NCBI GenBank assembly: GCA_963833285.1
Contig: CAWHXM010000002.1
Location: 93,446 to 157,445 of the forward strand
Source: an uncultured Chloroflexia bacterium
GTDB taxonomy: Bacteria; Chloroflexota; Limnocylindria; Limnocylindrales; CSP1-4
Length of the DNA stretch: 64,000 bases
Direction: 5' to 3'
Position numbers and translations under genes: made by a program. The notes below the pieces were generated by a model. It saw only the letters and a program-made list of their open reading frames with translations, did no database searches and was not told where the DNA came from. Positions 28,187 to 37,042 of the stretch are shown one piece after another (within the stretch, counting starts at the first letter, position 1; every line of letters starts with the position of its first letter).

Positions 28187-28476
28187 GCAGACAGCGTAGC
28201 GGCGTCCCTCACGACGCAGGAGCGGGTCGCGCGGGCAAGCGCTCGGCCCATACTGCTGGCCTCGCTGGGAGGGTTGGCGATGGACAGGATCGGGGCGGCG
28301 GTGTGGGCGACCGGTCATGCCGCCCGGGTGATCGTCGAGGCAGGCCTGACCCGGCCTTGGCTCGAATCCCGGGGCGGGATCGTCTACTCGGCCGCCAGGG
28401 AGGGCCTCGACCTCGGCGAGGCCTGCGGCCTCGATGTGCGCCTGGCGCGCAGCGCGGGAGCGCCCATCGCCGTCGG

Positions 28477-28923
28477 TCAGAGCGATCCGCGGTCGAACCA
28501 GATCCGCTCCCCGAGGAACCGTTCCGTGACGGGGTCCCACGGGAAGAGGATCAGGACCTCCAGCGAGACGGCCAGCCCCGACGGCGGGAGGCCCGCCCAG
28601 GGTCCCCGGTTGGTGCCCGTCAGCGTCGCCACCTCGAACGCGCCCTGCGGCCCGATGACGATCTCGGACAGCGCGAAGGCGTTGTCCGGGAAGGCCGCGA
28701 ACAGCTCCGTGTAGAACGCCCGCGCGCCCGCATATCCCTCCCAGCGTTGGCCCGTCGGGACGATCTCATAGGTGCACGCAGGCGCCAGGGTCGCGAGCAG
28801 CCCGTCGATGTCGCGCGCGTCCTCGGCGATCGAATGGCGGACCCACAGCCGCTTGATCCGGCGCAGCTCGGCCGGGTCGAACGGTCGGGCGAGGCGGCTG
28901 CGGATCGACGGCCGGGCGGTCAC
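28477..28923 (-). CDS. SnoaL-like / NTF2-fold (ester cyclase-like) protein
   Basis: 148 aa. The GTG overlaps the upstream stop (GTGA). The RLWVRHSIAEDARDIDGLLATLAPACTYE...GARAFYTELFAAFPD pattern is SnoaL-like. Confidence 0.7.
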   Translation of the reverse strand: MTARPSIRSRLARPFDPAELRRIKRLWVRHSIAEDARDIDGLLATLAPACTYEIVPTGQRWEGYAGARAFYTELFAAFPDNAFALSEIVIGPQGAFEVATLTGTNRGPWAGLPPSGLAVSLEVLILFPWDPVTERFLGERIWFDRGSL

Positions 28924-30197
28924 GACGCCGTGCCGTCCGCGGCGATCCGGTCGAGCGCTTCCAGCGTCCGGTCCACCTCGGCCGCCGTGTTGTAGTGGAC
29001 GAGCCCGAGTCGAAGGACCCCGCCGGACTCCGCCTTGCCGAGCCGCTCGATGAGGCCGGTCGCGTAGAAGTCGCCGTCCCAGGCGTAGATCCCGGCCCGA
29101 GCGAGTGCCTCGGCGGCGGCGCGCGGATGGACGCCATCGATCGAAACCGAGACCGTCGGCACCCGGGACGCGAAGCGGGCGCGGTCGGTGATCCCGTGGA
29201 TGGTCACGCCGTCGTTGCGTTCGAGGCCGTCGATCAGGCGGGTCACGAGGTCGCGCTCATAGGCCGCGATCGCGACCATGCCGGCGACCAGCTCGCGCCG
29301 CCGTTCGCTGCCCGTCTCGGCGCCCGGCGCCCCGGTCACGTCTCCATAGCTGCGCCCGATGTCGCGCAGGTAGTCCGTCGCCGCCAGCGTCCCCGCGATC
29401 GATTCGAACGACGGGGTCCCGGTCTCGAACCGGTCATGCGCCGGTCGGACCTTGTAGGCCGGCAGGCGATCGAGGACGTCGGCCTTGCCGTACAGCACGC
29501 CGAGGTGCGGTCCGAACCACTTGTACGCCGAGCAGGCGAGGAAGTCCGTGTCGAGGTCGCCGACGTCGATCGGGCCGTGCGGGGCATAGGCCACCGCGTC
29601 GACGTATGTCAGCGCCCCGACCTCATGGGCACGCGCGACGATCTCGCGGACCGGGTTGACCGTGCCGACCGCGTTGCTCGCGTAGCCCACCGCCACGAGC
29701 TTCGTCCGCGGACCGAGCTTCGACTCGAGGTCTTCGAGATCGAGGGTCACGTCGTCCGGATCGATGTCGACCGTCCTGACCGTCACGCCGCGGTCGGCCG
29801 CCATGGCCTTCCAGGTCGAGACGTTGGCCTCGTGGTCGAGCGTGGTCACGATGATCTCATCGCCGGCCCGCAGCGTGGCGCCGATCGACCGTCCGATGTG
29901 GAGCGTGAGTGTCGACATGTTGTAGCCGAACTTGATCTCCTCGGGCGAGCCGGCCCCCAGGAAGTCGGCGACGGCCGCGTGCGCCTCCTCGGTCATCGCG
30001 TCGGACGACGCGCTGGTCGTGAACGCCCCGCCCGAGTTGGCATTCGTGTCGCGGTAGTAGCCGGTGACGGCGTCGATGACACGCTGCGGCACCTGGGTCC
30101 CGCCCGGCCCGTCGAGGAAGACGACCGGTCGTCCGTCCTGCCCTCGCGCGAGGGCCGGGAACTCGGCTCGGAGGGTGTCGACATCGAAGGCTGGCAT
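28920..30197 (-). CDS. Class V aminotransferase / cysteine desulfurase-family protein
   Basis: 425 aa. FLDGPGGTQVP at the N-terminus, TTLDHEANV, and the PLP-lysine context FLACSAYKWFGPHLG. Confidence 0.85.
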   Translation of the reverse strand: MPAFDVDTLRAEFPALARGQDGRPVVFLDGPGGTQVPQRVIDAVTGYYRDTNANSGGAFTTSASSDAMTEEAHAAVADFLGAGSPEEIKFGYNMSTLTLHIGRSIGATLRAGDEIIVTTLDHEANVSTWKAMAADRGVTVRTVDIDPDDVTLDLEDLESKLGPRTKLVAVGYASNAVGTVNPVREIVARAHEVGALTYVDAVAYAPHGPIDVGDLDTDFLACSAYKWFGPHLGVLYGKADVLDRLPAYKVRPAHDRFETGTPSFESIAGTLAATDYLRDIGRSYGDVTGAPGAETGSERRRELVAGMVAIAAYERDLVTRLIDGLERNDGVTIHGITDRARFASRVPTVSVSIDGVHPRAAAEALARAGIYAWDGDFYATGLIERLGKAESGGVLRLGLVHYNTAAEVDRTLEALDRIAADGTAS

Positions 30198-30298
30198 CGG
30201 GTCTCCGGGATCGGACGATGGTCAGGCCCGGAGGGTACCCGACGGTGCGGTCGGGCCGGGCACGACGTGCCCGGCCCTGGGAGCGGCGACGAACGGCG

Positions 30299-31366
30299 TT
30301 ATGGCAGGCGGCCGAACCAGACCGCCGACAGGCCCGCCCCGACGATCACCAGAAGCAGCCCGGCCCCGACGAGCGCGAAGGTGACTTCCTGGGTCTCCTG
30401 GGTGTAGCCGATCCTCGACTTGAGGTTGTCGTAGACGCTCGCCAGGTCCTGCGCCGTTGGCGCATCGAACGCCCTGGCGCCGGTCGTGTCGGCGATCTGC
30501 TGGAGCGTCTCCGTGTCCGGCGGGACGTCCACGGTGTGGAGCTGGCCGAGATCGTCGCGGACCTGGATGCTCCCGTTCGGGGTGCCGAGCCCGATGGTGT
30601 AGATCGGCACGTTCATCGACGCGGCCCGCCTGGCCGCATCGAGCGGGTCGGCCTCACCGACCGAGTTGGCTCCGTCGGACAGGAGGATGGCGGCGACCAG
30701 GGGCTGTCCCGATGGGACATCGGCTGGACCGACCGCGGTGCCAGGTGAGGCGGAGGCAGTCGGGGCCTGGCTGGGCGTCGGGCTCGAGGATGGGGCGGGC
30801 GAGGCATCGGGCGCGGTGGCATCGGCCTGGATCTGCTGGGCGATGTCGAGGACCTGCATGAGCGCATCGCCCATCGCCGTCCCATCGCGCGGCCGGAGGC
30901 TGTCGAGCGCCGCCTTGAGCTGGGCGCGGTCGGTGGTCGGCGAGACGAGCGTGACGGGCTGCGAGGCGAACGCCACGATCCCGACCCGCACCTTCGCGGG
31001 GAGCTGGTCGATGAACGACTGGGCCGCGGCGCGCGCGGCATCGAGCCGCGTCGGATCGACGTCGGTCGCCTTCATCGAGCCCGACACGTCCATCGTCAGG
31101 ATGACCGTGGCGTCCTCGCGGGGGACCGCGACGACCATCGTCGGCCGGGCAAGCCCGATGAGCAGCGCCGCGATCGCGCCGAGATACAGCGCCGGCGGCA
31201 GGTGGCGCCGCCACGACGGGCGTCGCGGGGCGATGTTGGCGAGGAGGTCGAGGTTCGTGAAGCGGACGGCGTACTTGCTGCGCCGGCGCTGGGCCCACAG
31301 GTAGAAGCCGATCGCGATCGGCACGAGGAGGAGGCCGAGCAGCAGCTCGGGCGCGAGGAAGTTCAT
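30299..31366 (-). CDS. VWA domain-containing membrane protein (BatA-like)
   Basis: Start moved to ATG 31366 (MNFLAPELLLGLLLVPIAIGFYLW). MIDAS motif TMDVSGSM, an internal Ser/Pro/Ala-rich insert, and a C-terminal TM segment. The 4-nt overlap with the DUF58 gene supports an operon. Confidence 0.88.
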   Translation of the reverse strand: MNFLAPELLLGLLLVPIAIGFYLWAQRRRSKYAVRFTNLDLLANIAPRRPSWRRHLPPALYLGAIAALLIGLARPTMVVAVPREDATVILTMDVSGSMKATDVDPTRLDAARAAAQSFIDQLPAKVRVGIVAFASQPVTLVSPTTDRAQLKAALDSLRPRDGTAMGDALMQVLDIAQQIQADATAPDASPAPSSSPTPSQAPTASASPGTAVGPADVPSGQPLVAAILLSDGANSVGEADPLDAARRAASMNVPIYTIGLGTPNGSIQVRDDLGQLHTVDVPPDTETLQQIADTTGARAFDAPTAQDLASVYDNLKSRIGYTQETQEVTFALVGAGLLLVIVGAGLSAVWFGRLP

Positions 31367-32319
31367 GCGGGTCGTCCTGTTCGGTCTGGGTTCCGGGCGA
31401 AGCCGCGCGCGAGCGCGGGGAGCCACGGACCGTCGGTGGAGAGTCGGAGATGGCGGACGCCGAGCCGTGTGAACGTCCCGGCAAGCGAGGCGCGATCGGC
31501 CGCGGCGGCCTCGTCGAAGGCCGTGCGCAGGCGCCGGTCGCCGGTATCGACTCGGAGCGTCCGCCCGGTCTCGGGGTCGATGAGCGTCAGCTCGCCGACG
31601 TCGACGAGCGCGTCCTCGCGCGGGTCGGCGATCTCGAGCGCGATCACGGCGTGGCGACCGGCGACGTTGGTCAGGGCCGGAAGCCAGTCGCGGGGACCGC
31701 GAAAGTCGGACACGAGGACCACGACGCCCGGCGTCGAGCGGGTGGCGGCAACGAGCGCCAGCGCGCGCGCCGGGGACGTCACCCCGTGGCCTTCCTCGGC
31801 CGGCTCGGTCTCGAGCGCGCGGATCAGGCTGAGCATCCCGCGCCGGCCACCGGCCGGCGGCATGACCTGGTTGCCGGCCGCCCCGAACGTGACGATGCCC
31901 AGACGGTTGCCGCGTCGAGCGGCGAACCGGCCGACGACGAGCGCCGCGCCCTCGGCGACGTCCGCCTTGCGGCGGTCGGCCGTCCCGAAATGCATCGACG
32001 GGGAGTGGTCGAGCAGGAGCCATGCCGTGAGCTGGCGCTCGGGGACGTCCTCGCGGACGTGCGGCATGGTCGTGCGGGCCGTGGCGTTCCAGTCGATCTT
32101 GCGGACGTCGTCGCCCGGCTCGTACGGCCGGATGCGGTCGAGCTCGATGCCGTTCCCGCGGCCGAGGCCGCGGTGATCGCCGCTCATCCGGCCACCGACC
32201 CTGCGATCCATGGTGATCTCGAGCTGGTGGACGAGCCGGTCGGCGATCGGGCCGGGCCCGGGTCGGGCCGCCGTCCGCGTCCTGCCGCCGACCCGCGCGA
32301 GGTCGGCGCCGGCCGTCAT
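31363..32319 (-). CDS. DUF58 domain protein
   Basis: 318 aa. The hallmark RPYEPGDDVRKIDWNATART is present. 4-nt overlaps on both sides. Confidence 0.88.
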   Translation of the reverse strand: MTAGADLARVGGRTRTAARPGPGPIADRLVHQLEITMDRRVGGRMSGDHRGLGRGNGIELDRIRPYEPGDDVRKIDWNATARTTMPHVREDVPERQLTAWLLLDHSPSMHFGTADRRKADVAEGAALVVGRFAARRGNRLGIVTFGAAGNQVMPPAGGRRGMLSLIRALETEPAEEGHGVTSPARALALVAATRSTPGVVVLVSDFRGPRDWLPALTNVAGRHAVIALEIADPREDALVDVGELTLIDPETGRTLRVDTGDRRLRTAFDEAAAADRASLAGTFTRLGVRHLRLSTDGPWLPALARGFARNPDRTGRPA

Positions 32320-33365
32320 GCGGTCGGCTCCATCGCGAGCTCGAGGCGCGGGGTCGGGACGAGGGTCAGAACGCGGTTGACGATCGTGTCGGGGGTGACG
32401 CCCTCGGCCAGCGCGGAGTAGCTCATGACCAGCCGATGGCGAAGGACGTCCGGGGCGAGCGCGACCACGTCGGACGGCAGGACGTAGCGCCTGCCGTGGA
32501 GCAGGGCCATCGCCCGGGCGCCGTGGATGAGGTTGATCGAGCCACGCGGGCTGGCACCGTAGGACACGTAGGTCTCGAGCTCGGGCGCACCCCAGTAGGT
32601 GAGCTTCCGGGTCGCCTCGACGAGCGCGACGGCGTAGCTGATGAGCCGCGGGTCGACGTAGACGTCGGTCACCGCGCGCTGCAGGCGGAGCAGGCCGGCG
32701 GCATCGAGGATCTCGCGCGGCTGCGCGGCCTCCGTAAGCGAACGGAGGACGATCTGCGCCTCGTCCGCCGGGTTCGGGTAGTCGAGCAGGATCTTGAGCA
32801 TGAACCGGTCGACCTGGGCCTCGGGGAGGGGATACGTGCCCTCGGCCTCGATCGGGTTCTCGGTGGCCAGGACGAGGAACGGGGTCGGGACCTTGAACGT
32901 CTCGTGGCCGATCGTGACCTGGTGCTCCTGCATGACCTCGAGCAGCGCGGACTGGACCTTGGCCGGGGCGCGGTTGATCTCGTCGGCGAGCAGGAAGTTG
33001 GCGAAGACGGGGCCGGGCTCGACCTCGAAGCCGGCCTGATCCGGACGGTAGATGCGCGTGCCGACGAGGTCGGACGGCATGAGGTCCGGGGTGAACTGGA
33101 TGCGCTTGAACGAGCCGCCGAGCACCTCGGCGAGGGTCTTGATCGTCAGCGTCTTGGCCAGGCCGGGGACGCCCTCGAGGAGGAGGTGGCCGCCGGACAG
33201 CAGGCCGACGAGCACCCGCTCGAGCATCTCGTCCTGGCCGACGATGACCCGCCGGATCTCGAACATGATGGCCTCGGCCGTCGCCCGCGGATCCGCGGGA
33301 TCGGGGAGGGCTCGCAGGTCGGCCGCGGCCGGCGTGGGGGTCGTGGTCGAGAACGGGTCGGTCAT
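32316..33365 (-). CDS. moxR: MoxR-family AAA+ ATPase
   Basis: 349 aa. Walker A EGVPGLAKT, Walker B FLLADEINRAPAKVQSALLEVMQE, and the sensor region SPRGSI. Confidence 0.93.
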   Translation of the reverse strand: MTDPFSTTTPTPAAADLRALPDPADPRATAEAIMFEIRRVIVGQDEMLERVLVGLLSGGHLLLEGVPGLAKTLTIKTLAEVLGGSFKRIQFTPDLMPSDLVGTRIYRPDQAGFEVEPGPVFANFLLADEINRAPAKVQSALLEVMQEHQVTIGHETFKVPTPFLVLATENPIEAEGTYPLPEAQVDRFMLKILLDYPNPADEAQIVLRSLTEAAQPREILDAAGLLRLQRAVTDVYVDPRLISYAVALVEATRKLTYWGAPELETYVSYGASPRGSINLIHGARAMALLHGRRYVLPSDVVALAPDVLRHRLVMSYSALAEGVTPDTIVNRVLTLVPTPRLELAMEPTA

Positions 33366-33603
33366 GTCGGTCTCCGGTGTCGTGGCTGGCTGGTGGGACT
33401 CGGGATGTGACGTGCGGTAGCCATGACGTTCGTGGAGATTTCTGAGGGTTTGCTGAGAAGGTCAGGCGCCTGCGTGACGATTTCGAAACCTGCCGCCGAT
33501 GCGCCGTGGCGACCTCGGGCGGTGGCGGTCAGCCCTGTGCCAGCGAGGCGAGACCGGTTGCAGCGCGTCAGGCATACGGCGACTCCACCGGCCGAAGGAT
33601 GCG

Positions 33604-34023
33604 TCAGACCGGCGCTTCCATGTCCATGGCGCGAAGCCGCTGGCCGACCGCCTCGAGGATCGCGCTCCGGATCGGGGGGGACGTCTCGAGGAGCTCGTGG
33701 AACATGTGGTACGTCAGCGACAGGAGGCGACACGGCGTCTCCGTTGTCGCCGTCGCGGTCCGAGGGCCGCCGTCGAGGAGGGCGATCTCGCCCAGGAAGT
33801 CCCCGGCGCCGATGGTGTTGATCGCCTTGCCACCGCGCTCGATCCGGACCGTGCCGGATTCGATGATGAAGAAGTAGCCCTCGTGATAGCCCTCGCGGGT
33901 GAGTTGCTTCCCGGCCGGTACGTCGAGCTCGTCGGCGATCGCCCCGAGGCTCTCGAGATCCGCGCGGGATATCCCGGAGAACAGAGGGACGCGCTCCAGC
34001 AGATCGAGCTTGCCGTCGTCCAT
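33604..34023 (-). CDS. Cyclic nucleotide-binding domain protein (stand-alone cNMP domain)
   Basis: Start moved to ATG 34023, which has GGGAGG 8 nt upstream. Product: MDDGKLDLLERVPLFSGISRADLESL...GDFLGEIALLDGGPRTATATT (the phosphate-binding cassette pattern). Confidence 0.85.
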   Translation of the reverse strand: MDDGKLDLLERVPLFSGISRADLESLGAIADELDVPAGKQLTREGYHEGYFFIIESGTVRIERGGKAINTIGAGDFLGEIALLDGGPRTATATTETPCRLLSLTYHMFHELLETSPPIRSAILEAVGQRLRAMDMEAPV

Positions 34024-34078
34024 CACCACCACCTCCCTCGGCGCGAGCATAGCGGGACTCGAGGGGCGTGATCGATGG

Positions 34079-35432
34079 CTAGTGTTCGGTGCCGCCGGTG
34101 AACGTCCAGCCGTCGATGCGGACGGCGGGGACGACCACCCCACCGAGGAGCCCCTTGAGCGTCTTGCGCTCGCGAGCGATCGCCACGGTCCCGGCCAGGG
34201 CCGTCAGGTAGTTCTGCGTGTAGCGCAGGTTCTTGACCGGCCCGACGATCCTCCCGCCCTCGACCAGGAACGTGCCGTCGCGAGTCATGCCGGTGACGAT
34301 CGCGAGCTTGGGATGCACGGGGTTCGTGTAGTGGAAGCGGGTCACCAGCAGGCCCCGATCCAGGCCGCCGATGAGCTCCTCGCGCGACGACGCGCCGGGC
34401 TCCATCAGCATGTTGAGCGGGAACGGCCCCCACGGGTTCGGGGCCGGCAGGCCGTGGCCGGTCGAGGCGACCCCGGCCCGGGCCGCGGTCTGGCTGTCGT
34501 ACACGATCCCGCGACAGAGGCCGGCCTCGACCAGCGGCACGCGCTGCTTGGCGACGCCCTCGTAGTCGAACCACATCGGCAGGCCGGCGGCGTCGTATCC
34601 GTCGTCGACGAGCGTCACGAGGTCGCTGCCGATCCGCCGGCCGGGCTCGAAGAAGCTGCGCTCCTCCTGGACGGCGAGCGCCGAGAACCCGAGATAGCCG
34701 AGCATGTCGAGCAGGTCGACGACGGCGTACTCCTCGAGCACCACGGCGTAGTCGCCCGGGTCGACGGCCACCGCGTCGGCCGTCGCGCGTGCCTTGTCGG
34801 CCGCCTCGCGACCGATCGCCGCCGCGTCGATCGTCGAGGCGTCGACCGCCGCCGCCTCGGCATAGCCCGTCCCGCCGCCAGGGCCCATCGAGACCGTGAT
34901 GACCTGCGAGGTCGTGCGCGTCCCGGCTGCCCGGGCCCCGTTGGAGTTGGCCACCGCGATCAATTCCGTGCTGGTCGCGAACGACCCGTAGGCGGTCACA
35001 CCGGCATCGTCCGCTGCGCCGATGACGGCGCGGACGGCCCCGGCGCGAAACTCCGGGCTGGCCTCCGCGGTCGCCCGGCTGTACGCCGCCGGGACGTCGT
35101 GGGTCTCGGTCGGGCCGGGCAGACCGCCCCAGTCATCGAGCTCCTCGACGACCCGCGCGATGGCCGTCGCGCTCTCCGCGAGGCGTCGCAGGCCTTCCTC
35201 GTCGGTCCGGCCGGACGAGGCCACGCCGACCCGCTTCCCGACGACCACGCGCAAGTTGATCGTGACGTTGGTCTCGGCGACGTTCTGGTGGATCTCGCTG
35301 TTGGCGAAGCGGGTCAGGGCCGAAATCCTCGGACATGACCAGGGCCTCCGCCTCGGTCACGCCGTGGCGGTGGGCGTGGACGAGCGCGGCATCGGCCAGC
35401 CTGAGCGCGTCGGCGGCCCGGTCGTCGTTCAT
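34079..35432 (-). pseudogene. pmbA: PmbA/TldE-family metalloprotease partner, interrupted by a 1-nt insertion (possibly an assembly artefact)
   Basis: The N-terminal 36 codons (MNDDRAADALRLADAALVHAHRHGVTEAEALVMSED) are in one frame. Skipping one A of AAA 35323-35325 continues SALTRFANSEIHQNVAETNVTINLRVVVGKRVGVASS... into track ORF 34079..35254. The restored length is 450 aa. Confidence 0.88.
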
Positions 35433-35448
35433 CGATCCCGCGGTCCGG

Positions 35449-36897
35449 CTACCACTTGCCGACGCCGACCTGGACGTCGCGGAACCGGGCGCCCGGCACG
35501 GCATGTCCGACGTGCCCCGTCTGGCCTGGCTCGCCCTTGCCACAGTTCGGCGTCCCGAGCATCAGGTAGCTGGACTCGTCACCGACCGCGTCGCACGAGC
35601 GCCAGAACTCGTAGGTGATGCCGGTATAGGTCGGGTTCTTGAACAACCGGCCCTTCTTGCCGCCCTTGATCTCGTAGGCGACCTCGGTCGCGAACTGGAA
35701 GTTGAGTCGACGGTCGTCGATCGACCAGGAACAATTCGAGGCGAGGTACAGCCCGTCGTCCGTGTCGGCGACGATCCCCTCGAGGCTCATCCCCGGCTTT
35801 GGCAACAGGTTGATGTTGGTCATCCGGATGAGCGGGATGCGGTTCCAGCCGTCCGCGCGCATCGCGCCGCCACTCCGTCGCCCGATCCGCGGCGCGGTCT
35901 CGCGGCTGGACAGGTACCCGACGAAGATCCCGCTGCGGACCAGCGGCACGGCCTGCGCCGCGACGCCCTCATCGTCCCAGCCGAACGTGCCCATCCCGCC
36001 CGGCGCGGTCGCGTCGGCGACGATGTCGACGAGGTCCGAGCCGTAGCGGAAGCCCTCGTCGAGCTTGTCCGTGGTCAGGAAGCTCGTCCCGGCATATGAC
36101 GCCTCGGTCCCGAACACCCGATCGAGCTCCGACGGGTGACCGCACGACTCGTGGACCTGGAGGTAGAGCTGGGACGGGTCGAGGACGATGGTGAAGCGGC
36201 CCGACGGGCACTGCGCTGCGCTGAGCAGCTCGACGGCCTCCTCGGCCAACGGTCCGGCACGCTCGCCGAGCCCCTGGCCGCGCACGATCTCGTAGCCGCC
36301 GGCGCCCCAGCCGCCGCCCGAGTCGGGGTAGCTCCGGCGCTGGTGCTCGTCGCCGTCGACGGCGTGGGCCTCGATGCCCGCCCCGACGTGGGTGATGACC
36401 TGTTCGGTCAGGCTGCCGTCCGTCGCCGCGAAGGTCTTCCATTCGCGCTGGGCCGCGTAGGTCAATTCGGTGAAGGCGATGCCCTTGACGCGGGTGGCGG
36501 CCCGGTCCGCGGCAAGCAGGTCTCCGATCTTGGTCTCGAGCGGGACCGTGAACGGATCCTCCTCGAGCGGGGTCTCGTACGTCCCGTGTGCCGGCGGACG
36601 GTCGTCCAGCGTCGTTCGTTCGCGCAGCGCGGTCGCGCTCGCCCGGGCGATCCGGACGGCTTCGCCGGCGATCCGATCCGCCTCCGATGTGGTCAGGACG
36701 TGCGACGCGGCGAACCCCCACGCACCGTCGACGAGGACGCGGACCCCGAAACCCTCGCTCTCGCCCGACGCGACGCCCTCGACCCGACCGGTCTTGATGG
36801 AGATGCTCTCTTCGAGCCGCCGGACCACCCGAACGTCGGCATATCCGGCGCCCTGTGCGGATGCCGTATCGAGGGCGCGGGCGGTCAGGTCTCGCAT
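35449..36897 (-). CDS. tldD: TldD-family metalloprotease
   Basis: 482 aa. Contains the HESCGHPSELD metal-binding motif, the TldD-like N-terminus YADVRVV, and the C-terminal GTPNCGKG. Confidence 0.92.
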   Translation of the reverse strand: MRDLTARALDTASAQGAGYADVRVVRRLEESISIKTGRVEGVASGESEGFGVRVLVDGAWGFAASHVLTTSEADRIAGEAVRIARASATALRERTTLDDRPPAHGTYETPLEEDPFTVPLETKIGDLLAADRAATRVKGIAFTELTYAAQREWKTFAATDGSLTEQVITHVGAGIEAHAVDGDEHQRRSYPDSGGGWGAGGYEIVRGQGLGERAGPLAEEAVELLSAAQCPSGRFTIVLDPSQLYLQVHESCGHPSELDRVFGTEASYAGTSFLTTDKLDEGFRYGSDLVDIVADATAPGGMGTFGWDDEGVAAQAVPLVRSGIFVGYLSSRETAPRIGRRSGGAMRADGWNRIPLIRMTNINLLPKPGMSLEGIVADTDDGLYLASNCSWSIDDRRLNFQFATEVAYEIKGGKKGRLFKNPTYTGITYEFWRSCDAVGDESSYLMLGTPNCGKGEPGQTGHVGHAVPGARFRDVQVGVGKW

Positions 36898-37042
36898 GCG
36901 CCGCGCAGCCTAGCAGAGGGTCGGGCGGCCCACAGTCGGGAGACTTCCCTATGCGGTCGGACCGCGGAACGCTGCCGGGAGGACACGAATCGGGGTTGGT
37001 CGGCGCCCGGGTTCCAGCCGTCAGCCGCGGTGGCGCGAAGCG

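Noticed and set aside
28359-28370. tRNA T-arm-like string GGCTCGAATCCC
   Set aside because: The flanking bases cannot form the 5-bp T-stem, and no acceptor or anticodon arms are foldable around it.
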